A DNA stretch of 64,000 bases from Acidobacteriota bacterium. GTDB taxonomy: Bacteria; Acidobacteriota; UBA6911; RPQK01; JAJDTT01. The stretch lies in the NCBI GenBank assembly GCA_965263035.1, contig OZ253580.1:5184001-5248000 (forward strand), given 5' to 3'. The translations under genes and the position numbers were made by a program. Numbering within the stretch: the first letter of the stretch is position 1; each line of letters starts with the position of its first letter. The notes below the pieces were generated by a model, which saw only the letters and a list, made by a program, of their open reading frames with translations, was not told where the DNA came from and did no database searches. Positions 28,631-40,373 of the stretch are shown piece after piece.

Positions 28631-30130
28631 ATGAGCGCATCCCAGGAGTGGTTTGACAAGCAGAGCAGGGAACTTGTCCATCTGGCGAGCATTCTGGAGA
28701 TGCTCGGCTGGGACCAGGAGACCACCATGCCTTCGAGTGGAGCCGGTGCCCGGGCCCAACAGAGTGCCTCCCTGGCGGCCCTGTATCATCAGAGGCTCAC
28801 TCGGCCCCGTTGGTCCGAGGTTTTGGACGAGCTCGAGTCCAGGGAACAGGACGAGTGGACGGGGGCGGCTGTCCGGGAGATGAGGCGGAAATACGACCGG
28901 GCGACGCGCATCCCCGAGGCTCTGGTCCGGGAAATGGCGGAAACGGCATCGCTGGGATACGAGGCCTGGGTCGCGGCCCGGAAGGAGTCGGATTTCGAGG
29001 GGTTCCGCCCCTGGCTGGAGCGTATCCTGCGCCTGAAGCGGCAGGAGGCCGCCTGTCTGGCGACCGGTGACTGTCTCTACGACGCGCTGCTGGACGACTA
29101 TGAGCCGGGGATGACCACCCGCCGGCTGGACCCTGTTTTCTCCCGGCTGCGGCCGCAGTTGACGCGGTTGCTGGGCAGGATTCAGGAGGCCTCCCATCAG
29201 CCTCCGGCTGAACTGCTCACCGGACACTACCCCAGGTCCGCGCAGGAGGCGTTCGGACGAAGCGTCCTGGCCACCATTGGGTTCGATTGGAAGGCGGGCC
29301 GGCTGGACGTCTCCCCTCATCCCTTCTGTTGTGGTTTTTCTCCCCAGGACGTACGCATCACGACCCGATACGGGGAAGACAATTTCGTCTCCTCCTTCTT
29401 CGGCATCGTCCACGAAGGCGGACACGCCCTCTACGAACAGGGACTGGGCGGGGACCGCTATGGTTCCGCCGCCTGCCAGTCCATCTCTCTGGGCATTCAC
29501 GAGTCCCAGTCCCGGCTCTGGGAAAACCAGGTGGCCCGAAGCCGGCCCTTCTGGGAATATTGGTATCCGCGACTCCGCAAGACCTTTCCCGGCCAGTTGG
29601 ACACGGTGCCGCTGGAGTCTTTCCTGAGGGGAGTCAATCGAGTCGAGGCGAGCCTGATCCGCGTCGAAGCGGACGAGGTCACGTACGGTTTGCACATCAT
29701 TTTGCGCTACGAACTGGAAAAGGCCCTTCTGGACCAGGATCTCCCGGTTTCGGACCTGGAAGGGATCTGGGTCGAACGCATGAGGGATTACCTGGGGGTG
29801 GTTCCCGGCAACGCCGCCGACGGAGTGCTCCAGGACACCCACTGGTCCCATGGGCTCGTCGGCTATTTCCCCACTTACCTGCTGGGGAACCTGTATGCGG
29901 CGCAGATCTATGCCCGGGCGCGCCAAATTTTCCCCGGCCTGGACACACAGTTCTCTGCCGGACAGTATCTTCCCTTGAGGGAATGGCTGCGGGAGCAGAT
30001 CCACCGGAAGGGAAGAACCCGTACGGCCGGCGAGTTGATTATGGAGATCAGCGGAGAGCCTTTGGATTCTCGATACCTGCTGAGTTACCTGGAGGAGAAG
30101 TTCTCTCGGCTGTACCAACTGAGCGGGTGA
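28631..30130 (+). CDS. Carboxypeptidase M32 (Taq family)
   Basis: HPF, HEGGH, HESQSR, IRVEADE, QDTHW and GYFPTY. Confidence 0.95.
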   Translation: MSASQEWFDKQSRELVHLASILEMLGWDQETTMPSSGAGARAQQSASLAALYHQRLTRPRWSEVLDELESREQDEWTGAAVREMRRKYDRATRIPEALVREMAETASLGYEAWVAARKESDFEGFRPWLERILRLKRQEAACLATGDCLYDALLDDYEPGMTTRRLDPVFSRLRPQLTRLLGRIQEASHQPPAELLTGHYPRSAQEAFGRSVLATIGFDWKAGRLDVSPHPFCCGFSPQDVRITTRYGEDNFVSSFFGIVHEGGHALYEQGLGGDRYGSAACQSISLGIHESQSRLWENQVARSRPFWEYWYPRLRKTFPGQLDTVPLESFLRGVNRVEASLIRVEADEVTYGLHIILRYELEKALLDQDLPVSDLEGIWVERMRDYLGVVPGNAADGVLQDTHWSHGLVGYFPTYLLGNLYAAQIYARARQIFPGLDTQFSAGQYLPLREWLREQIHRKGRTRTAGELIMEISGEPLDSRYLLSYLEEKFSRLYQLSG

Positions 30131-30159
30131 GGAAACCCGTTCCGTGAGGATGGAATCCC

Positions 30160-31587
30160 ATGCACAAGGAGGAGTTCAGACGACGCTTGGCGGGCATCGT
30201 GGGTGAGGACAAGGTCCAGTTCCACCCCTCCGAACTGGTGGTCTACGAATGTGACGCCCTGATCTTTCACCGGCGGCCACCCGATTTCGTGGTCTATCCG
30301 TCTACACCGCAACAGATCCAGGAGATCGTTCGGCTCGCCTACGCCAACGACGTTCCCTACCTTCCGCGAGGCGCCGGAACCAGTCTCAGCGGCGGCGCCA
30401 TTCCCATCAGGGGAGGAATTCTGATCCAGCTCTCCCATCTGAACCGGATCCTCGAGGTCAATGCCCAGGGGCGTTACGCCGTGGTCGAGCCCGGTGTCAT
30501 CAATCTGGAGCTCTCGGAACGGGTCAAGTCGATGGGCCTCTACTTTGCACCCGACCCTTCCAGCCAGAGTACCTGCACCGTTGGCGGCAACATCGGCGCC
30601 AACGCCGGAGGTCCGCACTGCCTCAAATATGGCACCACGGTCCTCCACGTCCTGGCTGCCGAGGTGGTGACCCCGGAGGGAGACCTGGTGCAGTTGGGGA
30701 GTCCTCAGGGCGAGAGCGCCGGCTTCGACTTGACGGGACTCTTCACCGGGAGCGAAGGAACCCTGGGAATTCTGACCAAGGCCTGGGTCCGGCTGCTTCC
30801 AATCCCGGAGCAGGTCAAGACCTTCCTGGCCGACTTCACCAGTATGGCGGACGCCACCCGCGCGGTGAGCGACATCATCGCCCGCGGCATCATTCCGGCT
30901 GCCATGGAGATCATCGACCAACTGACGATCCAGGCGGTGGAAGACTCCCACTATGCTGCCGGCTATCCCACCGACGCGGCGGCCGTGCTGTTGGTGGAGC
31001 TGGACGGTTTGGAATGCGAGATCGAAGACACCGAAGATCTCATCCACCAATTTCTCAAGAAAAACGGAGCCCGGGAGGTTCGGGTGGCTCGCGACGAGGC
31101 GGAGCGGGACAAGCTCTGGGCCGGACGGAAGAAAGCCTACGGCGCCTTTGGGCGGCTGGCCAAGAATTTCTACCTGCAGGACACGGTGGTTCCCCGGACC
31201 CGCCTGACCGAAGTGCTGGAGAAGATTTATGCCATCGCGGACAAGTACGACTTTTCGGTGATCAACGTCTTCCATGCCGGTGACGGCAACCTCCATCCCA
31301 TGCTTCCGTACGACGCCGGTGACCCCGAGGACGTGGCGCGGGTTCTGAAGGCCGCCGAGGAGATGGTCCGGGCTTCCATCGAAGCCGGAGGATCGCTCAG
31401 CGGGGAACACGGGGTGGGCCTGGAAAAGAGAGATCTCATGCCCTATCTGTTCTCGGATGACGACCTGGACGTGATGCGCGACATCCGGCGTCTCTTCGAT
31501 CCCAAGCAGCTCTGCAATCCGGAAAAGATCCTGCCCACCACCAAAGTCTGCATGGAGTTCCGGGAAAAGGGCGCCTTCATGCTCTAG
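30160..31587 (+). CDS. glcD: FAD-linked oxidase, glycolate oxidase subunit GlcD-like
   Basis: PRGAGTSLSGG, APDPSS, GGPHCLKYG, HAGDGNLHP and GEHGVG. Confidence 0.85.
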   Translation: MHKEEFRRRLAGIVGEDKVQFHPSELVVYECDALIFHRRPPDFVVYPSTPQQIQEIVRLAYANDVPYLPRGAGTSLSGGAIPIRGGILIQLSHLNRILEVNAQGRYAVVEPGVINLELSERVKSMGLYFAPDPSSQSTCTVGGNIGANAGGPHCLKYGTTVLHVLAAEVVTPEGDLVQLGSPQGESAGFDLTGLFTGSEGTLGILTKAWVRLLPIPEQVKTFLADFTSMADATRAVSDIIARGIIPAAMEIIDQLTIQAVEDSHYAAGYPTDAAAVLLVELDGLECEIEDTEDLIHQFLKKNGAREVRVARDEAERDKLWAGRKKAYGAFGRLAKNFYLQDTVVPRTRLTEVLEKIYAIADKYDFSVINVFHAGDGNLHPMLPYDAGDPEDVARVLKAAEEMVRASIEAGGSLSGEHGVGLEKRDLMPYLFSDDDLDVMRDIRRLFDPKQLCNPEKILPTTKVCMEFREKGAFML

Positions 31588-31767
31588 CAATCCAGGAGTC
31601 TGCGCGGTAGAAATGATCGTAGCGAGAAAGTGGGGAATCGAGGCCGGATTTTCTCGATTTGGAGGTGCATAGTTGTTCTATTCGCCGAGAAATCGAGGAA
31701 ATATGGACCGATTCTACCGCTTTCGCAGTAGCTCAATTTCTGCGGCGCAGGCTGCTAGGCCTTTCTA

Positions 31768-33084
31768 TTGAAGATCCCCAGTATCAACGTTCGATTGCCA
31801 CGGCGTTTCTCGTCACGATTTCGCGAGATTCACAGGTTTCGCTTTACCGTCCGATTGCTTCCGGTTCTGCTGGGACTCTGGTTCCTGTGCGCCTGCGGCG
31901 AATCGGCCCAGGCTCCGTCCGCAGGCTCCCGCCCGACGCTGCGTCTCGGCAGTGACCGGCTCTTCGGAGAGCCCTATCTGGGCTGGGTCGAAGGGAAGGC
32001 AGTGGGGCTGGTAGCCAACCACACGGCGGTGAACTCCGGTCTGGAGGCGGTCGCCAGCATCCTTGCCAACCACCCGCGAGTCGAGCTGAAGGCCATCTTC
32101 GCTCCCGAGCATGGCTTTTCGGGTGACGTTCAGGCCGGCGTGCTCGTTCCCCATAAGTCCCGAATCTACAGTCTCTACGGGGCGCACCGATCACCGACAC
32201 CGGAAATGCTCCGTGGCGTGGATCTACTGATCTACGACATCCAGGACGTGGGAGTTCGCTTCTATACCTACATCTCCACTCTGTACGAGTGCATGAAGGC
32301 GGCTGCGCGCGAAGGGATTCCCCTGATCGTTCTGGATCGCCCCAATCCCATCGACGGTGACCGGGTCGAGGGCCCGTTGTTGGATGCGAGTCTCGTCTCC
32401 TTCGTGGGTGTTCATCCCCTCCCCATCCGCTACGGGATGACGGTGGGAGAACTGGCCCGCCTCTTCAACCAGGAAGGGAAACTGGGTTGCGATCTGAAGG
32501 TGGTCCCGATGCAGGGTTGGCGCCGTTCCCGATGGTATGACGAGACCGGCCTGGTCTGGATCCCTCCGTCTCCCAACATGCCCACCCTGACCACGGCCAC
32601 GCTCTACGCCGGATTCTGTCTGCTGGAGGGCACGAATCTTGCCGAGGGAAGAGGGACCACCCGTCCCTTCGAACTGGTGGGCGCTCCCTGGCTCGACGCC
32701 ACGCGTCTGGTGGCGGAACTCAACGCCCTCGGGTTGGACGGGGTCTATTTCCGGGTCCAGTCCTTCACTCCGACCTTCTCCAAATTCAAGGGCCAGGTCT
32801 GCCAGGGCGTCCAGATCCACATCGTGGACCGGGACCGGTTCGATCCCATTGCCTGCGCCTTGCACCTTCTACGTCAGACTCTCGATCTGCACCCGGACGA
32901 GTTGACGTTCCAGGATCAGATGTTCGATCTGCTGGCGGGTCAGTCCGGACTCAGGTCCGATCTGCTTCGAGGGGTCGAGGTGGAGCAGATGGTGGCCTCT
33001 TGGCGGCCTGGCCTGGAGGCCTTCCGGGAGCGGAGATCAAGACATCTACTCTATCCGGAGGAGGAAATAGAAAAGAGGAAATAG
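31768..33084 (+). CDS. DUF1343 exo-beta-N-acetylmuramidase NamZ-like lipoprotein
   Basis: APEHG, DIQDVGVRFYTY, LDRPNP, PSPNMP and EGRGT; true start probably nearer the lipobox LCAC. Confidence 0.9.
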   Translation: MKIPSINVRLPRRFSSRFREIHRFRFTVRLLPVLLGLWFLCACGESAQAPSAGSRPTLRLGSDRLFGEPYLGWVEGKAVGLVANHTAVNSGLEAVASILANHPRVELKAIFAPEHGFSGDVQAGVLVPHKSRIYSLYGAHRSPTPEMLRGVDLLIYDIQDVGVRFYTYISTLYECMKAAAREGIPLIVLDRPNPIDGDRVEGPLLDASLVSFVGVHPLPIRYGMTVGELARLFNQEGKLGCDLKVVPMQGWRRSRWYDETGLVWIPPSPNMPTLTTATLYAGFCLLEGTNLAEGRGTTRPFELVGAPWLDATRLVAELNALGLDGVYFRVQSFTPTFSKFKGQVCQGVQIHIVDRDRFDPIACALHLLRQTLDLHPDELTFQDQMFDLLAGQSGLRSDLLRGVEVEQMVASWRPGLEAFRERRSRHLLYPEEEIEKRK

Positions 33085-33335
33085 GAATACTCCTTCCGTC
33101 TAGACGGACACCTCCTCTTCAACACCGAGCCGGCATCGAGGGTTGCAAACCTCGGCGCCCACGCTCCCCCTTTATTTCTGGAAGGATTGCGCCGGCCCGC
33201 GGCCGATGGAAACGAGTTTTACTATCCATGGCAAATATTCGGTCTCATTTTGCTATCAATAGTAAACTCGTCCCCGCAGAGGCACTTTCCGCCTGACGCT
33301 GCCGCACGTCGGCTGGTGGGGGAGCTTTTCTGTCC

Positions 33336-34769
33336 TCAGGGGTTTGCCGGTGCCGGCGAAGCAGGAGAGGGCTCGGGATCGGGGATCGACTCGTATTCCT
33401 TGAGCAGCTCGTTGAAGTCCTTCCGGTACCGGATCACGTCCAGGTCCGAGACCACCTGTTTCAGAATCCGGCGCACCAAGGGGACATAAGTCTGCGGTTC
33501 CATCCGGATGGCTGCCGTCAGATGGACCATGGCCTCTTCCGGCTGCGATTGCGCGGCGAAGAATTGGGCCAGCCGGAAACGTGCTTGCGGCCTGTCCACT
33601 CCATTCCGAATTGCCTCCAGAAAATGCCGTTGAGCCCCATCGTTTTCCTTGCGCTGATCCAGTAGCACGGCCAGACTGTAATGAGCCCGCCCTTCCTGGG
33701 GACTCACCTTGATCGCCCGTTCGAGGAATTCCTCGGCTTTGTCCTTCATACCCAGATTTACTTGCATGGCGGCCATGTTGTAGAGAGTGCTGAAGGTCTC
33801 CTGCCCCAGGTCCAAGGCTCGACTGTACGCCTCAACCGCGTCCTGATCTTTTCGCTGGAAGCTCAGGACGTCACCCAGATTGGCCCACAACTGGTCGTTG
33901 TTCGGGGCCTGGTCCAGAGCCGCACGAAGGTATCGCTCCGCGTCGGCGTATCGTTTTTCCCTTCTTGCGATGAGCCCCAGGTTGGCCAGGTTCCAAGCGT
34001 CATTCTCGTCGGATCGGGAAAGTCGCCGTTTCGCCTCGTCGGGCTTTCCCAACTCCAGGTAGAGGCCACCCAGTTCCCGCAGAACCCCTGGATCGTCCGG
34101 TTTCAGCCGTTCCGCCTTCAACAATTCCTGCAGTGCCTCTTTTTTCCGTCCAGCCTCCAGGTGCAGCAATCCCAGGCGAAACCGGGCCTGGAAATCCTCC
34201 GGGTGGGTTCGGAGAAAGGACTCGTAGTGGTCTTGAGCCTTCTGATCTTGACCCAGCCGCTGATATGCCTGCGCCAGGTTGATGTGGGTCTGGGCCGTGG
34301 AAGGATTCAACTTCAAGACCTGGTCGAAAGCGTCGACGGCGTCCTGATCCCGGCCTTGTTGGAAATGGATCACGCCCAGGAGATGCCAGGAAACGGGATC
34401 CTGAGGATCGATTTTCAGCGCCCGGCCCAGGTCCTCGCGGGAAGACTGTATCTTTCCCTGTCCGAACCGGATCTGGGCGCGCATTTGGAGCCCCCGGGCA
34501 CTCTCGGGCTCCAGCTCGATGAGGGCGTCGAGATGACCGACCGCTTGATCCAATTTTTTCTGCTGCAGGTAGATCACGGCCAAGTTGTACCGGGCAGCAG
34601 CGAAGGCGGGAGAGATCTGGACTGCTTTCTCGAAGAGTTCCGCTTGGCGGCTGGAGTACTGATCGGGGGTCCCGATGAGTTCCTCTCCCTTCCGGAACCA
34701 TTCCACGGCGCGCTGGTCGATTTGGGCGCCTTGTAGAAACAACAGCCCGAGAGCTAGAAAGAGGCTCAT
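33336..34769 (-). CDS. Secreted tetratricopeptide repeat protein
   Basis: Signal peptide followed by about 11 TPR units. Confidence 0.88.
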   Translation of the reverse strand: MSLFLALGLLFLQGAQIDQRAVEWFRKGEELIGTPDQYSSRQAELFEKAVQISPAFAAARYNLAVIYLQQKKLDQAVGHLDALIELEPESARGLQMRAQIRFGQGKIQSSREDLGRALKIDPQDPVSWHLLGVIHFQQGRDQDAVDAFDQVLKLNPSTAQTHINLAQAYQRLGQDQKAQDHYESFLRTHPEDFQARFRLGLLHLEAGRKKEALQELLKAERLKPDDPGVLRELGGLYLELGKPDEAKRRLSRSDENDAWNLANLGLIARREKRYADAERYLRAALDQAPNNDQLWANLGDVLSFQRKDQDAVEAYSRALDLGQETFSTLYNMAAMQVNLGMKDKAEEFLERAIKVSPQEGRAHYSLAVLLDQRKENDGAQRHFLEAIRNGVDRPQARFRLAQFFAAQSQPEEAMVHLTAAIRMEPQTYVPLVRRILKQVVSDLDVIRYRKDFNELLKEYESIPDPEPSPASPAPANP

Positions 34770-34785
34770 GATGGGTTCGTCCGAA

Positions 34786-35739
34786 TCAGGAGAGAGTTTT
34801 CTCTCGGGGTTGGGCGAAGTCCTCGAAACGAGTCATTCGCTGAAGTTCCCGGTAACGCATCTCGATCTCGGTGAGGGTCACCTCCTTGAGGCGGTCCAGG
34901 GAGAAGCCTTCGACGGTGAAGCTGGCCATGACGGAGCCGAAGATGACGGCTTGCCGGAGGGCGCGGCGGTCCGACCGGCCGGTACCGGCCAGATAGCCCA
35001 TGAAGCCGCCGGCGAAAGTGTCGCCGGCGCCGGTCGGATCCAGCACGTCGGCCAGCGGGTAGGCGGGAGCACCGAAGATATCCAGGCCGCCTCCCGCCTC
35101 CCGCCGGAACATGAGTGCGCCGTATTCCCCTCGCTTGACCACCAGGATGCGGGGGCCCCAGCCCAGGATCTTCTCGGCCGCCCGGACCAGGTTCGGTTCC
35201 CGGGAGAGCTGCCGCGCCTCGGCGTCGTTGATGAGGAGGATCCCCACTCCCTTGAGAGTCTCGAGCAGGGAGGGGAAATGTTCCCGGATCCAATAGTTCA
35301 TGGTGTCGCAGGCCACCAGTTTGGGCTGCCTGACCTGCAACAGCACCTGCCGTTGGAGTACGGGGTCGAAATTGCCCAGGAAGAGATACTCGCTGGTCCG
35401 GTAATGTTCGGGGAGGTTGGGCCGAAAATCGGCCAGGACGTTCAGTTGGGTGTCGAGGGTCTGGCAGTCGTTGAGGTCATATCCGTACTTGCCGGCCCAG
35501 CGGAAGGTCCTGCCCGGCAGGACCTCCAGTCCCGCCAAGTCGATGTTTCTGGACTCCAGCAGGGAGACGTCCTGCTGTCGGAAGTCGTTCCCGACGGCCG
35601 CCACCATCCGGACATCGGTGAAATAGCCGGCCGCAATGCTGAAATAGGTCGCCGCCCCGCCCAGAACCTCCGTTACCTTGCCGAAGGGGGTCTCCACGGA
35701 ATCGTAGGCGACCGAACCGACTACCGCAATGGAACCCAT
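34786..35739 (-). CDS. PfkB family carbohydrate/nucleoside kinase
   Basis: GSVAYD, GGAATY and DPTGAGDTFAGG. Confidence 0.92.
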   Translation of the reverse strand: MGSIAVVGSVAYDSVETPFGKVTEVLGGAATYFSIAAGYFTDVRMVAAVGNDFRQQDVSLLESRNIDLAGLEVLPGRTFRWAGKYGYDLNDCQTLDTQLNVLADFRPNLPEHYRTSEYLFLGNFDPVLQRQVLLQVRQPKLVACDTMNYWIREHFPSLLETLKGVGILLINDAEARQLSREPNLVRAAEKILGWGPRILVVKRGEYGALMFRREAGGGLDIFGAPAYPLADVLDPTGAGDTFAGGFMGYLAGTGRSDRRALRQAVIFGSVMASFTVEGFSLDRLKEVTLTEIEMRYRELQRMTRFEDFAQPREKTLS

Positions 35740-35752
35740 GCCGTGTTCTCCA

Positions 35753-36613
<861 letters not shown>

Positions 36614-36711
36614 ATCCGGCTCTCAATATTATCTTGGATTTCCTGCCTTTACCCAAAAAACATCTCCCAGTCCGGATTTTTCTGGCGAAAGAGACTAGTA
36701 GGGAGAATTTT

Positions 36712-37170
36712 ATGGACACTCACAAGAACCAGTTCCGACAAATCTCAATCTTCGAGGGCCAACTGCATCCTAGTGAACGCGCAGCGTATCGGCAACGGAT
36801 GCACGAGGAGGAACTGGCAGGGAAGAGGGAGCTGGAAGCACGAATCGAAGAGTTTCGGCGGCAATTCGAACCGGATCACGAGCCCGACCCGTGGGAATTG
36901 GACCTGGACTGCGAATTCGAGCTCGCAATGTCCGCACTCGCGCCGCTCACCCGAAGGCAATATCGGTCGGCCTGGAAGCAGTTCGACGCTTGGAGGGGTG
37001 ATCGGCCGGTGAACGACCGGACCTTGGCCCAGTATTGCTGGCATCGATTCAAGACTCCTGTCTACTGGAATGGCCAGAAACGAGATCTGGCACCGATCCC
37101 CATTCGGGGTGACATCCAAGCGGTTCAGTTCAGAGTCTCGTATACCCATCTCGATCAACCAGTACACTGA
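36712..37170 (+). pseudogene. Truncated integrase N-terminal (SAM-like core-binding) domain protein
   Basis: LAPLTRRQYRSAWKQFDAW...TLAQY resembles a Cre/Xer-type N-domain; no catalytic domain follows. Confidence 0.45.
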
Positions 37171-37747
37171 AACGAGAGTGGTTCGAATATCGTCTGGAGA
37201 TCGTCTACTTGCTGGATCGGTCTTGATTGATGGTCCTGATGGAGCGATGCTTGCAATCTCAGCGGGCTACCGCATCGTCAATGCCGATACCGGCAAGATA
37301 AGCGATGCCGTCTCCGGGCTTGTGGTTGCTGGTGGTACGGCATACGATCGAGGACACCACAAGCGCGTTATTGTACCTGTCCACCTTCGCCCGGGGAAGG
37401 CGCTTGGGGTAAGCTACATGCTGGAAAAAAGCTCGAAATTCGCTCCTGCCACGGAAGTCGATATCCTGGCAACTGCGTCCCTGCATATTGGAGGAGAACT
37501 CCTTCCGCTACCCCGGTCGATCCCCAAAGCTACAGTGCCCTACAGAGCTTTCTATCAACACGCTGGTGCGTGGAGTCTCAACCGATACTGGCCGGAACTG
37601 AACAAGAAAGGAGCAACAGGCAAGCTGGAACTGGGAATGATAGGCGACTACCGGTACGTCCGCGCCACTGCGTTTGTGTACGAAAGCGGTGACGATGGTG
37701 CGCTCCGGTACACCACAGTGGAGGTGAAACACCTGAGGGAAGACTGA
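37070..37747 (+). CDS. Hypothetical protein (start uncertain)
   Basis: Long ORF in lower-GC island DNA; stop abuts the next gene. Confidence 0.5.
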   Translation: MARNEIWHRSPFGVTSKRFSSESRIPISINQYTETRVVRISSGDRLLAGSVLIDGPDGAMLAISAGYRIVNADTGKISDAVSGLVVAGGTAYDRGHHKRVIVPVHLRPGKALGVSYMLEKSSKFAPATEVDILATASLHIGGELLPLPRSIPKATVPYRAFYQHAGAWSLNRYWPELNKKGATGKLELGMIGDYRYVRATAFVYESGDDGALRYTTVEVKHLRED

Positions 37748-38203
37748 TTGATGGACGACTATAGAAAGTTCGTAGAGAGGAAACTGGCTGAACTGGACTA
37801 CCTGAAAGAGAGAACGAACGCTCTGGAGAAGAGAGAGCAGCTTATGGCGCTCATACACCCGGAGAAAAAAGAGGCTTTAGACAAGTTCTTCAGACAAATC
37901 GAGAAGCTTGAACAGAAGCATGAGGTCAACCTCTACGTTGGCAAGAACAAGCAAGCTCTTGGGATGGTCGCATTGGGGTGGCGAACGGATCCACCAGAGA
38001 TAGTGAAAGTCGTGAAATTCTTTGACAAGCGCCTGTCCAATTCTCCAGGTACAGAGTTGCTCCTGACAAACCCCGATGAAATTGTGCAGATCATTAGGAG
38101 CATCCTCCGTGGCATGAGCATCCGGAGCATCTGGGAAGATGGATCCCTCTCCCAAAGGGGTGCCAGCCCCTCGTCTCCTGTGGGTGCTCCGGTTCCTGAG
38201 TAG
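37748..38203 (+). CDS. Hypothetical coiled-coil protein
   Basis: K/E-rich helical ORF directly after the upstream stop. Confidence 0.55.
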   Translation: MMDDYRKFVERKLAELDYLKERTNALEKREQLMALIHPEKKEALDKFFRQIEKLEQKHEVNLYVGKNKQALGMVALGWRTDPPEIVKVVKFFDKRLSNSPGTELLLTNPDEIVQIIRSILRGMSIRSIWEDGSLSQRGASPSSPVGAPVPE

Positions 38204-38695
38204 AGTACGGCAACGCACGCTACCGACAATAATTCGGTGCCCGCACCGACCCGGTGCGCGGCCGTAGGAGGCCCAAAGCGTTTCCGGACCCGGCGCTCCA
38301 GCGCCAGGAGTTGGGCCGATTCCCTCTTCCGGGGCCGAATTGGGAGGATCCCGCAAAAAAAAGACGCCCTCAGAAGGCCTATGTTGGCTTGGCGAGTCCG
38401 GACGAAGGGTGATGAGGGTTAGGCCTCTGGACGTCGTTCAGGCTCCGCCCGTGCCTCGTGGCGGGGATGGGGATTTCTTCAAACGGGTGGGGGGTGTTTT
38501 GTGGGCCGTGAGCTCCGGATCTCGAACGCGCGATCGCGTCCGGATGGGGCGCGCTTGGGCTGGTCCGAGCAGTTAGGTTCGTCCTAGGATGCGACCGTTG
38601 ACTCCGCCCGAGGCTCCGGGTCAGTAACTGCCCCTGCGGATTTGATGGATGTCCTCCTGGTCCGCGACTCTGGCAAGGGATAGACTGGAGACGGC

Positions 38696-38929
38696 ATGAC
38701 CAACGAACAACTCCTGATCCTCATTGCCTCCATCCTCATTCCCCTGGGAAGTCTCATCCTGGTCTAGGCCCGTGTCACCCGCCGGGACATGAAGGAGGAG
38801 ACTTCTCAACTCCGCGCCAACATGAAGGAATTGCGAGCAGAGATCGGGGAACTCCGGGAGCGCATGGCGCACCTGGAGGGCCTACTGGAAGGATTGCGCG
38901 AAGCCATCACCCGCCAGCCCGTCTCCTGA
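38696..38929 (+). pseudogene. Small TM plus coiled-coil protein, disrupted
   Basis: GGAG RBS; MTNEQLLILIASILIPLGSLILV* followed by ...MKELRAEIGELRERMAHLEGLLEGLREAITRQPVS*. Confidence 0.5.
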
Positions 38930-38953
38930 GCACCGCGAGCGCCACAGTAATCA

Positions 38954-40186
38954 ATGCCATTGATCGAAGGGAATCAGTTACTCCAGAGGTTCCACAAGCG
39001 TCTGGCCGAAGCGACACAGGTGGACATCGCGGTCGCTTGGGTCAAATGCTGCGACGCACTAGACGCCTTGGTTGGTGAGGGAACTGTAATTCGCATTGCA
39101 GTCGGCATATCAGGGAACGTTACGGACCCATGCGCACTCGAATGTCTGAATAACTCCCAGTCTGTGGACCTGCGTATTGCACGATCACGACACGGAATTT
39201 TCCACCCGAAATATTTCTGCTTTCATGGCCGTGACAGGACCATCTGCTGGGTTGGCAGCGCGAATCTAACCAAGGGAGGATTCGGTCGTAACGACGAATT
39301 GGTGCATGAGTTTGAGGACAGTGCTGGGGAGGGCCGGAGCTGGTTCGAATCCTTCTGGAATACATTGCACGCAGACCCCGGTCCAGATCTCGACGAATAC
39401 AACAACAGATACCAACGACGACCACAACCCGCCCCCTCGGACGGCACACCGGAGTTGTTGGTGCCGTTGCCCAATCAGTCGACATGGAATGACTTTGTTG
39501 AGGGACTGCGAATTCGTAATGTTCGCTGCCGCTCACAGAAGCTAACCGATCACCGAGGGGTCCCATGGGATATTTTGGGGAACCAACATAGCTACCTCCA
39601 TACGATCTCCACTGCTCGGGAATTGGCTCGACTCCCAGATTGGGGTAACTTGAAGAAACCTAAATGCAACATCCTGCTTGGCCGAGACGACGATGAGGGC
39701 GCATGGGCACTTTTGGGATCGATATGGCCAAGCGGGAAAGTAGCCAAGGTATTCAACCCTAAACGTATGCCCACTGTTGGCCCTGCTCGGGAAAAAATAC
39801 TCCACTACGTGAAGCAGGTGCAGGAGGCAACCAACAACGAGATTGCTCGTGTTGCACATGAGGCAGTACGGGAAATCTGGTGGAATGACGACTTGCTCGA
39901 TGGTTTCGGACCTGCTGCTGCCACTCGCCTGCTTACCCTTGCCCGTCCAGATTGCTTGGTCTCCGTGAATGAAAAATCGGCAGGTGGACTGGCGAAGCTG
40001 GCTGTCCTGGAACGGTCAACAACCCCCGGAAGCCTCGCCAATAACTACGAGGTGCTTCTGAACTGGGTGCACGACCAGCCCTGGTTCAAGACTCCCCGGC
40101 CCGACGATCCCGGCAGGAAACGAGACATCTGGGATTGCAGGGCTGCGCTGCTGGATGCCTTTGTGTATGAGGAGATCAACGGCTGA
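38954..40186 (+). CDS. Phospholipase D (HKD)-family nuclease, NgoFVII/BfiI-like N-domain
   Basis: IAVAWV, FHPKYF and WVGSANLT.GG..N.E. Confidence 0.8.
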   Translation: MPLIEGNQLLQRFHKRLAEATQVDIAVAWVKCCDALDALVGEGTVIRIAVGISGNVTDPCALECLNNSQSVDLRIARSRHGIFHPKYFCFHGRDRTICWVGSANLTKGGFGRNDELVHEFEDSAGEGRSWFESFWNTLHADPGPDLDEYNNRYQRRPQPAPSDGTPELLVPLPNQSTWNDFVEGLRIRNVRCRSQKLTDHRGVPWDILGNQHSYLHTISTARELARLPDWGNLKKPKCNILLGRDDDEGAWALLGSIWPSGKVAKVFNPKRMPTVGPAREKILHYVKQVQEATNNEIARVAHEAVREIWWNDDLLDGFGPAAATRLLTLARPDCLVSVNEKSAGGLAKLAVLERSTTPGSLANNYEVLLNWVHDQPWFKTPRPDDPGRKRDIWDCRAALLDAFVYEEING

Positions 40187-40373
40187 CTCCAGACCGCTCG
40201 CTGGACGCCGTCAACCGCATCTTCACGACGCTGCCCGTCGTTCCCATTCCACGATGATCTGGCGAGAATGGCGAGAGATGCTGGGACTCCGCTGAACGTC
40301 CGTTGACTGAAATTTACTGAAGTTTACACAGTCTCGATTCGGGGATATTCTCTGAGGTCACGAAAAAGTTAGT

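Noticed and set aside
30160-31760. Missing glcE/glcF after glcD
   Set aside because: Standalone GlcD-like oxidases are common and partners may lie elsewhere
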